From Antedon mediterranea (taxonomy: Eukaryota; Animalia; Echinodermata), in the NCBI RefSeq assembly GCF_964355755.1, contig NC_092674.1, positions 27,404,001 to 27,468,000 of the forward strand: a stretch of DNA of 64,000 bases, written 5' to 3'. Position numbers and translations under genes: made by a program. The notes below the pieces were generated by a model that had not been told where the DNA came from, did no database searches, and saw only the letters and a list, made by a program, of their open reading frames with translations. Positions 23,881-36,645 of this stretch are shown here, in pieces. Every line of letters begins with the position of its first letter. Within the stretch, counting starts at the first letter, position 1.

Positions 23881-26800
23881 TAAGGCTGATTAAAACGTAC
23901 CGGTTTACGTGCTAGCTATAGACAATTAGTAGGCCTACTTGTAATGTCGTAAAGTTTACATTTTCTAACATTGTATATTTAGACCAGTGTCTTCTAGTAG
24001 TTTATTAGCTGTTATTCGCAACATCGAAATATTTGTATGTCTCGTATCAAAACGCGGATTGAAAGGATAATAAATAGCGCATAAATATCAATTATGAAAC
24101 TCCTCAGTTCATCCCGACTTGTTTGAAAAGCTCATAAATTGTTGTATAATATATATTTATTCACCATGCTACTCTGATAATAAAAACAAAGCAGGTAAAT
24201 TATCTTTGAGCTCTGGGATAGAAACGTAATTACAGTTGTAAATAATAAAGGACTGTACATGTTACATTTATACAAACATCGAGTATCGCGTCAACAACTG
24301 AATCTCACTAGAGGATACAACGTAATGCCGAACGTGCGACGCAAGTAATTTGACCTATTGCATACGCTAGTTCGCTTCTGATTGCTCAAATAACTTGTTT
24401 TGCACGTATGTCCTTGCGTGCTGGAGTCTCGACGGTTAATAGAAAGGAAAGAAATACTTGTATACCTACTTAAATATAATCGTATTGAGCGTGCAACACG
24501 ATTAGAGTTACCGGAGGGGGCATAGAATAAAACAATTATTGAAAATCCGACGTGACACACGAAGTAAAAATATTGCACACATTTTAGAAAGCTAAAGGAT
24601 ACATAAACGGACATTATATTAATCTAAATGATTTTTAATTTGGACATCATGAATTATAGTATGAATATTCATAATTCCCGCGTAGCAGCTATTCATATTC
24701 TTTACAGAAAGTTTACCTCCCGTCACGCTTCATTGATTGTCACGAAAGTTCATTGTTTGACTACAAAACAGTGGCCTAAGACGACCTAGACATGTTTACG
24801 ACTTTCGCTCTTTGCGGGTGAAATCACTATTGCAGGCGCTGATTGTACAGTCTATGTCTTTTTTTTTTCAATGAGAATTTTTATATAATATAGGTGTTTG
24901 TGCCTTTATGAGAGCCTTGCTTGCGTTTGAACTCTCGTTACCACGACGAGTTAGGTGATCAACGAAAGGTGCATGCATGCGCAGAAATAAATAGTTGTTA
25001 GTGAGAGTAGGTCATGTGCTTTTTGGAGTTAGTGAGCAGACATTATATATGACTACTTCGGTTAATTGCAATACAAATTGACGCAATTTTAGGCTGTGGT
25101 GTATTGTTTGAATTTGGACAAATTGTGTGTGTTGGTAGATTCATTAAGATTAATTAACAAGTGTAATCATAAGTGTCCAGATTAATTATAATCAATCTAA
25201 AAGCTCGGGCAATAGGAAATAGAGTGACCATTCCTAATAATAAAGAAAGTGCACGTATAGTTCAATTTTGTGATTCTCTGTATCATGTTTAAATCTGTTA
25301 TTTGGAGGTATTTTACTGATCTTGTATTGAGACGCAACAATGACATAGATCTTTTTTTTCTTTAACTTTTATTTTACTTATTGTATTATGGACGCAACTT
25401 CAATCAAGAAGTGTGCCACTGTTTCAAAAGTGTAGAAGAAAAACAACGATAAATACTGTCTGACATAAAAAATGTGGTTACTTAATAAAAACCACATTGG
25501 ATTTAGCGCTGACGCTATAATACACGCACGATTAACATATACGTACTTTACTGTGTCGCTTATACAGATCCATCACCATTAGGGCGTCGACGATGAGCTA
25601 ACATCTTATTATCCGCTTACATCATCTTTAATATTATACAGTATGTATTTAACTATGATTTTAGGCTAATGGTGAATTATTGTCGGCTGGAGGGTCAAGT
25701 AGACCTTTAGTAGGATTATCGTGTCAATGTTTAAGAAACAGAATCGATTTGATTGATTGGATTAGATTATCGTGGATCAGCTACCAACGTAATAAATGTG
25801 GAATTGACAGTAGTGGATTAAGACGGATTAGTCCGATTCCTTGTATTGAAATTGTTAATTGATATTACGAACAGTAGCCTGTTACACGAAGTGACTTTCA
25901 ATATTTAAAAGAATGTTTGTAAGTATAAGAAAGCTGTAATTAGGTTATGTTTTAATTTGTATTATTTCGTTTGCGAGTAGTTGCGAGTAGTTTCGTGTAT
26001 GTGAAGATTATACAGTTTGTTTTTGTTTACAACTAGGCCTAAAGGAGTGATAATATAGCTTTAATACTACAATTTAAAGTCTGTTGTTTTATATGGGAGT
26101 ACTATAAATAAACAATATTGTATTACTTGCCAGTGTTAATTACTTCTCACTTGTTAATTTGATTTTAACACGCAAACAATCGTCATGGTTCAATGCACAT
26201 ATATTAGATGGCCCAATTTACAGTCATCGTTATTCACTACCTATGTAAAGTTACAACTCTATCCAAATTAAAACTAATTATGTTTGTTAATGGGATAATA
26301 GTACAGTTACTCATAAATTACAAGACCAGTAATTAAGAGACAGCCTGTATGGTTATTAATGATGATATCTTGTATCAGTTCGGTTTCTAAGATGTAAACA
26401 GATTTTCTCAATTAATTTGATAGAACCGACTATGTAAAACTTGTGTGAGGCATTTTGTGATAACGAAAGCCAACGTGTGTATACCGTGTATACAATAATG
26501 CTTTATTTTATCTACTTTTTTTGTAATGTATATTATCGCATTCCTTTTAATGCCAGACGCAATTATCTTTTTAATATTTAAATAGTATATATTGAAACCA
26601 AACTTATTGATTTCTGCTGTAAATTGTTTTCTTTCTGTAATATAGTAAGCTGTACTAGATTTCAATAAGATAGCCATACAGTGTCAGACTTAATTTGTAC
26701 ACTAAACTAACTTATATATTGTCTGAACGCTAATTTAAATCTAAGAAAAAAGTCTCCACTGCTTTCAACAATACGCCATAGAATACCTCGAAACATCATC

Positions 26801-27106
26801 GAAATCTATAACTCGCAGAATTCTGAATAAAAACAAATAAATAATAATCTTAAGTACGTTATAGCCAATTAAATGGATTTTACTAGCTTTCCTAGGCTGG
26901 ATATTTACTTTTTGTTCAATGTATTTTTTATCTAAACTATTTTACAATTATAGGAGTAGATTAGATGACTCATTGGAAAACAAAACACGGCAATGAAAAG
27001 TTATTTGTTGGAACGTTTTTTGTTGGAAAGTTAATTGTTGGGAATCTAGGGCCACTGAACACACCTTTGCATATTAAACAATACAATAAGGGTGGATCAC
27101 CAAATT

Positions 27107-27433
27107 AACAAGATATCGTTGTTGTGATTGTTATTATTCTGTTGGGTCATGGTAGAACAGTATTTTTTTCCTCTTTTGCGAGTCGTCCCACTTTCATTTA
27201 ATTTTAATATCACAATGAAAACTATAAAGGGCAATCAGAGAGCGCAAACCTCCACCTATGAGGAAAATAAAAATTTAATGACGTTTTCCCATACAGCTAT
27301 GAAACCATCCGTTGAAAAATTTTATGAAAATCGAGCAATAAAGTTTTGAGGAATCCTGCTAACTAACAGATATAGAAAGAAATAAATACGCGCGATTGAC
27401 CTCATACTATCGCCATTCTTGCGGAGAGAATAA
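27107..27433 (+). mobile_element. Possible Helitron/Helentron-like non-autonomous element
   Basis: Starts AACAAG; contains AAATTTTATGAAAATCG..GTTTTGAGGAATCCTGCTAAC and a terminal short hairpin TCGCCATTCTTGCGGA followed by ATAA. Confidence 0.4.
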
Positions 27434-28377
27434 CTTAATCATCTACAATTGCCTATACCTTTTTAGATATTACAATTTTTATGGTAAAAACAAGATATAA
27501 TATCAAAAATAAACGTGAAGTTTGGAACAAGGCTGTTGGCATATACGATTAAAACGTTAAAAAAAATGCAGAAGACATTGCTATAGTGAAGTCGGTGCGT
27601 GAAAAACGTACAGTGAATTAATAATGAAAGTGTACATCTGCAGACTTCATCAGCCTATATATTATTAACACACTTGTAATATATTGCCATCAATCCTTTC
27701 ATAATTCGTCAGTAACTTCATGATCTAACAACATTAATGAAGTCAACATATGTGCGTTCAAACTAGCCGAATCGGTATTTAAATTTTCCGTCACTGCAGA
27801 ATTCCCGTTTGTTTATGAGATGACATATTACGAAATTTGTCTATTTGATATTGTCATATTCAGCACACGTGTGGGTTTAAACTTTGGTGTGACATCTGTG
27901 CGGTTTGTGCGCACACGCACAACTTGGTATCGCATCTTGTACGCACGAGTCGTGACGACAAACACTCAATTGGCATGTTATAGTGAGACAGCAAGTGAAA
28001 GAATGTGTAAATTACTTAGTACGCAAAAAACTAATATTTTGAGTTGTTCATGGAGAATAGTTTTAGCTCTTTAAATATTTATTAATAGTGCTTTACATCA
28101 ACACTTCGTGATGAAGGTGTGAAACTGATTAAATCCACGCTATACAATAACATTACGATATACATATATTAGTTTAATGTGACATTAAAATGAGTTATTT
28201 TTAAAAGCATTTAACACATTGTCTACGGAAGATTTCAAGACCGTTTACAGCTTCTTGATCATCGCAATAGCAGAGAAGGCCTATAATACGGTATATCAAG
28301 ATCTGTTAAAAACATGGTGTTACCGGTACTATTATAGTCGGTAAACAACTTTCAGCGACCGATCTAGACTTAATTTG

Positions 28378-28617
28378 AAGGCTCACAAATCTGCGTAGCC
28401 CATATGCAGCAGTGACACTGTTTATTTCGACTACGCAGGTATTGAGTCTCCGTCAATCTGCGCATGTTCATACTATTTCTTAGGAAGCGCAGAAAGACTT
28501 TTCCACTCAACAGCTGCATAGTCGTGGGACAAGTTCTGAAAACGAAATGTTGCTATTGGTGTCACGTCACTGCTACAAGCGTACGCTAAAAGTGTCCCCT
28601 TAATTTGAGTGCCTTAA
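28378..28617. mobile_element. Palindromic MITE family H
   Basis: Core CGACTACGCAG.TATTGAGTC...ACTCAACAGCTGCATAGTCG with outer inverted arms (GCAGTGAC/GTCACTGC); related copies at ~10163-10265 and ~49816-49938. Confidence 0.7.
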
Positions 28618-29997
28618 TTAGTCAATAAGTCAGCAACCTTAAGGCCTTTCGGCCATCGATCGATAGGTTTGTAATCGAACGGGAAACCAAACTCGCTAAC
28701 GAACGAGGATGCAAATTGATTCAATGCAACATACAATCAATCTGTGTGAAGGACAATGAAATTAATTGTAACACATAGGTGTATAGAAATTCGAATGAAA
28801 ACAATTTCGAATCCTTGTGTCACTGATGAACTGTTTAGCAACTCGATCAGATTATGAGAGATCGTAATGTTAAAAAATGAGTACTTTTTGTATGTGTTGA
28901 TATATAATTTATGCCATGATTCAACTGTAGGGATTTAATATACAGTGTATAAAGAAGCCTGATAAGCTACATATCATTCTTCATATTCATGTCATGTCAA
29001 AAAAGGAATACTTTATGTCTAAATGTAATTAATTCTCTAAAATTGTAATTAAAATATGCGAAGCGCTTTGATCAACTTGGCAAAACCGCTTTATATTATT
29101 TTATTATTAATTCTCTCTAGACGTTAAATGCTTGTCATGGTCAGCCTCTTTGTCATCCAATTATCTGTACTATACGGTACGTATCTAGATGTTTCTAGTA
29201 TTATTCTCGATACTGTATAATATGTACTGTATAATATGTAGAGTATCATAGGCGAATTAGGTGATACAGTATCAATATGATATATGATATATGTGATGCA
29301 TCATTGGCCATAGGTCTAACCTAATATGTGATACATATGTGACACTGTTATATATAATTTGCTATGATACTTGACCAAATATACCATATTATGCGGAGAT
29401 ACAGTACAGATAACCGGGTTTAGAAAGGATATTAAACCTGAGGCGAATGGTAATTAATCAATACATCCAAAAAGACCAACTTAGAACCAATCATTAACCT
29501 CAGAGATGACATATGCTGATGAATAGAAGCCGATATATCCTCAAGTCTCATCACAGCCCAAACACACTTACCGACGTACACTTCTTCAGAAGCACATCTA
29601 ACAGCAACACCTCACTTACAGCATCTTATACTTTGTTCGTGTTTCTTTATAATTATATCGTTTTGTGTATTTTAACGTATTATTGAATAAAAAAACTGTG
29701 ATATTCAATCAATCAATCAAGCGAGTAGAGTCTTTAATACAGTAAAACCTCCACACATTATATTACAGTAATTTCCAATGTACTTGCAATGCTATTATAT
29801 GTATGACAACACACTTTCAAGACCTATATATTTCTGCATCAAATATTTCTATTATTGCAATGACAATGGTAATTCAATATTGATAGTGAAAACTGTAACA
29901 GTATTTTAATATACGTTTACTATTTAATGACAATGAGAATGGATATGTATATTTGTTTCTGTTAGCCTATGTTAATAAGATACATTTTTTAAATAAT

Positions 29998-30291
29998 AAT
30001 CGAACATTAATACAGCGATAACGTTTATATAATTAGTTGCTAGTTGATATGGGGAATGGATTTATATATTTATACTGAAAATATAAATATAGGTATAATC
30101 AAGGAAATCTAACAACAAGATGCTGCTGAAATCAAAATATTTATTAATCGAACATTAATACAGCGATAACGTTTATATAATTAGTTGCTAGTTGATATGG
30201 GGAATGGATTTATATATTTATACTGAAAATATAAATATAGGTATAATCAAGGAAATCTAACAACAAGATGCTGCTGAAATCAAAATATTTA
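29998..30291. repeat. Near-perfect 148-bp tandem duplication including the left TIR of a family J MITE
   Basis: AATCGAACATTAATACAGCG...CAAGGAAATCTAACAACAAGATGCTGCTGAAATCAAAATATTTA at 29998 and 30146. Confidence 0.95.
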
Positions 30292-30327
30292 ACTGTGGCT
30301 GCGCACAATCAGTTCCACTCCCCTTAA

Positions 30328-30479
30328 AGCTGGGTTCCCACTAGTACGCAATAACGTAAGCGCAACGCAACCTTATTGACCACTGACAATCGTCAGTTCG
30401 GATAATTTATCGCTTGTGATTGGTCAAGTTACTTACGTTGCGCTTACGTCTTGCGTTGCGTCCTAGTGAGAACCAAGGT
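30328..30479. mobile_element. MITE family B variant inserted into a family J element
   Basis: TAA|AGCTGGGTTCCCACTAG...CTAGTGAGAACCAAGGT|TAA; both flanks are family J sequence (30248-30560). Confidence 0.85.
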
Positions 30480-30874
30480 TAACAGGCACCGCGCGTCGTT
30501 GTAACACACTGTTGGTATTTGTCAAGGCGAGCTCAGTGTCCTGTTGTTAGATTGCCTTGGTATAATCATGGACCATATACATTATAACGCATGCATGCAA
30601 GCAATGTGCGTAAACATTGTGCGCCTCTCGCAACTGACGTATATTAATATGATGAGAGGTTTGCCGGTACCATTTATATATCAAGGGGGCTTCATTAACG
30701 TCAGCTAATTAGAAAATATTCACTTATGATGAGTAGCATTGTACTGTAGGAGCTGTATTGACGTATGTCACCACTCAATGTCAATCAGAACCATTCAATT
30801 CTGGGTTTTCTTTTTAACCTATATTGTTATATAAAATGACATTGTACAGCATACGTTTTAGCTGTGTAATAAAA

Positions 30875-31215
30875 AGTGGCCATTTAAGAGTAGTGCATCG
30901 TCAATCTAAAACTCTGTCTACACCATCAAACTTGATGTGACACAAAACAGTGATGTGCCCATGGACATGATGATGTCATATCACTACTATATTTAAACAT
31001 ATCACTACCATTTTAGGCACAACACACTTTTTGTCAAACTAGTGGCCATTTAAGAGTAGTGCATCGTCAATCTAAAACTCTGTCTACACTAGTATCAAAC
31101 TTGATGTGACACAAAATTGTGATGTGCCCATAGACATGATGATGTGATATCACTACCATATGTTGGCACATCACACTTTTTTTTCCAAACTAGTTTGATA
31201 GTGTAGACATAGCTT
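30875..31215. mobile_element. Tandemly duplicated family A MITE plus flank (166-bp unit)
   Basis: AGTGGCCATTTAAGAGTAGTGCATCGTCAATCTAAAACTCTGTCTACAC at 30875 and 31041; only the second copy keeps the right TIR. Confidence 0.88.
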
Positions 31216-33251
31216 TACAATATGATATGATTACGTTTTAAGTCAGATTTAAATCAGGCCTATTTATTAACGTTCTAGATTCTTACCGTCCGTAATATAA
31301 AAAATAAACATAAATGATATATTAAGTCCCGATAGGTATACAGAACTGCTAATGTAAATAATTCGTTTGACATTTTGGATAGTTTCTGAAATAATTACTA
31401 TGTTTACGGTGTACTGTCAATTTAGCTTGATTGACCGCATTAAAAAAAATAAATACACTCCGGACCTAGCTAACTAATCATATCGATGCTCCAGACATAA
31501 CCAAAACACATCGAAACTCAATTGCGAGTATAGCATACATTTATTATTTATTATTTACACATATTAGTATTAAATACATGTTATATGCGTGAATGATATC
31601 ATAAACAGTAGATTCTCGTATGGTGGCATGTTATACCAGTTTCCTGTCATTATACATGATACAGTCGATCTTTTTTGTCGATTTCTGTTCGTATCGTACT
31701 TAAGCTTAAATGATTGTATATCGACTTTAAGGAAAAACAAAACATGTATGTTTTGATTTATTTTACGAATAGTTTATACCAATATTTTACTAAATTCAAT
31801 TGTGTTTGTATACTCAGAAGACCACTGATAATGAGAATATGTTTTTTTGGTGATAATACATAAATTGCAGTTAAGGTTAGTTTGGACAAGTAAACATAAG
31901 TTACCTCACTCGCTACTTCTACATCTTAGTAGATTAGATAGATCTTCTAAATGGAAAGGTATGATTAAATATAATATGTTAAAATAAATTCAAGATGTAC
32001 GTGTCTAAAGATGACGCTAAACAAATTGAAAATAATCACACTTTACCGGCTTAGATTATCAATTTAAAGAAAATCGAAAATGCAGTTTTTGTAAACAAAC
32101 TGGCCTTGAAAGAGTATATATATTTATTATATCTGCGATATTACGAAGTTGATAATGCGCGCGTACAAAAGTTGATACTCGTATACGCGCGCCGGATTAA
32201 AAAAGACACATCAGCTGACGTGCGCGCGTACACACGCTGCTTGATGATTCTATACGATTGTATTTTATGTCTCTCTACATGAGGTCACTTCATAGGATTG
32301 GAATTCTATCAAGTTTGATCGACCAGCTCAATTGAGGAATGACCCCTGTGACGACATAAATGACCCCTGTGACGACATAATATCAACTTTCTCTTTAAAT
32401 GAGTACGGTAATTATTAATTTAAGATTTTTACAAATATGAATTTTACAAATTACATTACACTATACAAATGTTTGATTAAGATATTTCTTTTTAGGAAAT
32501 TTTTCCCATGGCAAAGATTTTTGTTTCCATCAATAGAAAGACATTCCTGAAAAGCAACTATCTAACAAACAAATATTTCAACATTGGTATTTCTGAGATA
32601 TACATAATGTGACAAAAAACATATATTCTGTGATGCTCGGGGACGGTTATAGGATGATAAGATTGAAATGATCAGATTGAAATGATCAGATTGAAATGTC
32701 ACGTAGGCCCGGACATCTACATAATAATTATTGATATACTGTAAAATGTCAGAGAGAACATTTTACAAACAGTAGAAGTCCTAAGGGTTCAAATTGGTAT
32801 CCAAAACAAGCGTTGAAACATAGGCCTATATTATCTTTGTTTGTTTGTTAATAAGGGTGTACACTGAATAGGAGGGGTTTCAAACAGTTGGTGGTTGTTC
32901 ATACGGTCAACAATGGTCTACAGTTAAACGTTGTATATTCAATACAGAAAGACAGGTCCATGATGAAAGTCAGCTTTAGGAGGTGACGTGCTTTCTTACT
33001 TTTGTAGATGTCCTCATCTTGACAAATGTAACAATATGTATAAGTATTGCGAGCTCCGCGTGTGCGTGTAATGTACGCGGTAACTCGCGGTATTAATTTG
33101 TATGAATCCGACACATTTTCTAATTCTGCTCTCATTTTCTTTGGATTAAAATGAGTTACTTTTTGATATAACCGAATTTCATCACGTAGGGTATTAATAG
33201 CTTGTTATTCGGATCAACACGGATAGACAAAGCACGTATTAGTCTTGCCTT

Positions 33252-34370
33252 TTACAGATTAGCTGTCGTTCGTGTCTCGTTAGTGTTGAGTTCGTCTGCT
33301 CTCTGGTAACTTCCACGAGATGGACAATTCCAACCGTGACACAGTGAACAGTATGTATCCCAAAATGCCTTGGTATATCGAGGACTGAGTGCGGTGTAGA
33401 CAAGTACATTAATTGCAGAATTCAAGTAAGACAATGACCGCGCAATATCGGCCAGCAACAGCGTAAAAGGCTGATTGGTAATATTGTCTTGATGTTGCAC
33501 GAACATATCTGTAAACATCCAGACGATTGATATGATTTCAAAAGGCGCCAATAATATAAAGAATAGGATTCCGTTAACAATTAACATCATTGTAATTTGA
33601 TTTCTTCGTTTGGTGCTATCCACTAAGGCGTTATCACTTCGTTCAATGTTGCGTTCTCTTTTCTTTAACTCGTTCAATATCCGGGCGTATAGAAATACGT
33701 TAAAAACGAATGCAACAAAAAAGGGTAGTGTCTGTACCCCGTACGTGTAGAAAAGAAAGTTCGGATGAATTGGTAAACAGACGCCGGTAGAGTCTGGCAT
33801 ATCACTGATAGTTTCAGGCCATAAATAACAAAGCAATAAGTATTCAATATTTCCTGGGACAAATGTTAATGCTAGAAATGCCGAAAATAAGGTGTTTACA
33901 ATAATAAGATTTCTGGCGCGTTGTTTCGCGGTAACTTTCCCGCTAAAAACTTGGGTCGGACGACAAACGGCGCAGTAACGTTCAAAGGAAACCAATGTTA
34001 CGAAACCAATAGATGCAAAGTACGTCATACTCCAAAAGAACGTTGCAAACGCACATCCAAAGCTACCATAAACACTGTCGTATGTACCAACAAGCGGTGA
34101 CAGATGATAGCGAAACATTTTATCTCCGACAGTAAACAACAGGAAAAAAATATCTGCGATACTAAGAGCCACTAAATAATAATTAGTAATTGTTCTCATG
34201 TACGCAACATGTATAACGACATATATAAAAGCAGCATTGCTCACAAGTCCAACAAATAACAGTATAGGAAAAACCAAAGACAAAAATACTCTATCAACTT
34301 TTGAATATTGATAACTTTCCAATTCGTGTTCACTAACATTCAAAAATATGCATTCATTATTAAACGCCAT
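33252..34370 (-). CDS. Intronless rhodopsin-like class A GPCR (372 aa), orphan; TM2-TM3 resemble neuromedin-U/ghrelin/TRH-type peptide receptors
   Basis: Seven hydrophobic segments; MRTITNYYLVALSIAD, GC (TM3), SFERYCAVCRP, TM5 LPF..Y, TM6 F..LLAP, TM7 YLNSAINVLVY, helix 8. The ORF track begins at GTG 34400; the first ATG (AAAATGG context) is at 34370. Confidence 0.95.
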   Translation of the reverse strand: MAFNNECIFLNVSEHELESYQYSKVDRVFLSLVFPILLFVGLVSNAAFIYVVIHVAYMRTITNYYLVALSIADIFFLLFTVGDKMFRYHLSPLVGTYDSVYGSFGCAFATFFWSMTYFASIGFVTLVSFERYCAVCRPTQVFSGKVTAKQRARNLIIVNTLFSAFLALTFVPGNIEYLLLCYLWPETISDMPDSTGVCLPIHPNFLFYTYGVQTLPFFVAFVFNVFLYARILNELKKRERNIERSDNALVDSTKRRNQITMMLIVNGILFFILLAPFEIISIVWMFTDMFVQHQDNITNQPFTLLLADIARSLSYLNSAINVLVYTALSPRYTKAFWDTYCSLCHGWNCPSRGSYQRADELNTNETRTTANL

Positions 34371-34583
34371 TTTGATAATGTTTAGCAAAAAAAACCTCAC
34401 CTAATTGACCAGTTCCTAAAACTTAGCTTCGTCCAGTATTACTTTCTCAACAGTAGAAATCATTGTGAAAAAGATGAAGTGAATAAAACCCCGGTTAGTC
34501 CGACTTTCAGGTCAAAGCAAAAAGCCCGCACTAATAACTATTTAGCATGTATAGTCTGTTGTTTCTTGCACAGTGTTCGAGCG

Positions 34584-34619
34584 AACTGATTGCTATGCTC
34601 TTGTACACTCTATATTATA
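34584..34619 (-). promoter_or_regulatory. Candidate core promoter of the GPCR (TATA-like plus Inr)
   Basis: Minus strand TATAATA begins 32 nt upstream of the A of an Inr-consensus TCAGTT (34589-34584), ~217 nt before the ATG. Confidence 0.3.
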
Positions 34620-34829
34620 CACAGTATCCAGTGCTTCTTTTATGATGACGTAGCTAGATTCTGCTCATTCCGATTCGCTCGAGTAAAGAGTATAAAACAC
34701 AAACATTGCTTTCTTCTTAACATTAAGTGAGCTCTCCTCGAGTTATCAACATCACTCTATCAGTGATATCAACAATTATCAAAAATTATTCACCATGATA
34801 ATGAATTACTGCGGAATTGTTATCTGTAA

Positions 34830-35006
34830 AGCGTGGTTCCCACTGGCGACGCAACGCAAGGACGTAACGCAACGCAAGTGAATTGACCAATCACAAGCGA
34901 TGGCTTATTCGCTTGATTGCTAACTGTCTATAACTTCGCTTGTCATTGGTTAAAACGCTTGCGTTGCGTTTACGTCATTGCGTTACGTTCTAGTGGGAAC
35001 CAAGCT
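34830..35006. mobile_element. MITE family B, young copy, perfect TAA TSD
   Basis: TAA|AGCGTGGTTCCCACTGGCGACGCAACG...CTAGTGGGAACCAAGCT|TAA. Confidence 0.92.
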
Positions 35007-35107
35007 TAAAGCGTTGTTGTATTGCGTAATCACAAGTGAGAACCGACGACGGTACTGCAAACATCGCAGGTTTGACTTCACGCAGACGGGGGCAAACACA
35101 ATTATAA

Positions 35108-35270
35108 AGCTTGGTTCCCACTAGAACGTAACGCAAGGACAAAAACGCAACGCAAGCGTTTTAACCAATGACAGTTAGCAATCACAAGCGAATAAGCCAT
35201 CGCTTGTGATTGGTCAATTCATTTGCGTTGCGTTACGTCCTTGCGTTGCGTCGCTAGTGGGAACCACGCT
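35108..35270. mobile_element. MITE family B, young copy inverted relative to 34830-35006
   Basis: TAA|AGCTTGGTTCCCACTAGAACG...CTAGTGGGAACCACGCT|TTA; an additional orphan TIR lies at 35286-35314. Confidence 0.92.
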
Positions 35271-35587
35271 TTAGAAAGGCATTTGCTGCGTTGCGTTCTA
35301 GTGGGAACCAGGCTTTACTGATAAAACAATTGCGTAGTGTAATTCATGATTACGGCCGTTTGATTTCACGATGCGCTAAACGACACGCAACTAAAGGTCA
35401 ATCTGCTCAGATTCAAATGTCACCGATGAGCGTGCACATGATAACTTCGTATAAACGGTAGTAGATGCGCAGTTTATTTGTGCGTCTTCACAATTGTTTT
35501 TTTAAACGATAAAATAAGGCTATACTTGTGTATGAAGTTGGTGCAACCTCAATCTTTTCTTCGCTAACACACACACGACTTGTCTTA

Positions 35588-35771
35588 AGAGTGGTTCCCA
35601 CTAGCGATGCAACGTAACGCAACCTACTCAACGTAAGAAAATGCCGCCTGCGTGGAATCAAATCTGCGATGTTTGCATCACTGTTGCGTCGTCGGCTCCC
35701 ACTTTAGAATACGCAATACAGCATTTTGCGTCAAAACGTAGCTGCGTTGCGTCGCCAGTAGGAACCACGCT
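35588..35771. mobile_element. MITE with family B TIRs and a different interior, TTA TSD
   Basis: TTA|AGAGTGGTTCCCACTAGCGATGCAACG...CGTTGCGTCGCCAGTAGGAACCACGCT|TTA. Confidence 0.85.
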
Positions 35772-36287
35772 TTACCAGGGAAGAGTAAGGCTTACTCCTC
35801 CCTCGTCGAACCATCAAACTGATGGAAAGGATTGCGATTATAAGCAAACCAACTAAAATAAAGCATAATTCACACGGAAATGTCAAAACATTTACCAATA
35901 AGTTAAAACAAATGTTAAAAAGATGTAGACTTGAAAGAAAAATATGCCATTAATGCGTTTTAATGAATAATAACTATAAAAAGAGTAAAACAAATGTTAA
36001 GGCTAAAACAAAATTTATGTTGAGGGACAAAGCAAATTCATTATGCACATAACTTGCATTAATTTGCTTAAAATCATGATTGAAGATTTGGAAATTTGAA
36101 GGTGATTTTTATACTAAATCAAAAAGATTATTTATGGTAATGGTGATTTAAAGTGAGATTTTTTGAAGGTGATAAAATATTCATTCATTTTTTTTACTTA
36201 ACTTTGTTTTGAAGAGAAAAAAATGATTAACTATATATAATAATTTTACCATGGAATGTAAGTTGGGGAAAAAACTGATTTGACGTT

Positions 36288-36645
36288 TTCAAAAATTAAT
36301 TAGACCATTTGAAAATAGATTTGACGATTTTGAAAACTTGATTAGACCATTTGAAAACTGATTGGACCATTTGAAAACTGATTGGACCATTTGAAAACTA
36401 ATTGGACCATTTGAAAAATTGATTGGACCATTTGAAAACTTGATTGGACCATTTAAAAACTTATTTGACCATTTGAAAACTGATTGGAACATTTGAAAAC
36501 TTGATTGGACCATTTGAAAACTTGATTGGACAATTTGAAAACTTGATTGGACCATTTGAAAACTTGATTGGACCATTTAAAAACTTGATTGGACCATTTG
36601 AAAACTGATTGGACCATTCGAAAATTTGATTGGACCATTTGAAAC
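36288..36645. repeat. ~20-22-bp minisatellite
   Basis: Unit GATTGGACCATTTGAAAACT(T); accounts for the repetitive ORFs 36289-36576 and 36453-36725. Confidence 0.95.

Noticed and set aside
27690-27715. Minus-strand CTGACGA-ATTAT-GAAA as another hammerhead
   Set aside because: No credible stem I or stem III; other CTGANGA hits (12920, 28823, 47974) also lack the stems.
34371-34400. N-terminal extension MRFFLLNIIK of the GPCR
   Set aside because: It starts at a GTG used by the ORF caller; the eukaryotic start is more plausibly the ATG at 34370 in AAAATGG context.
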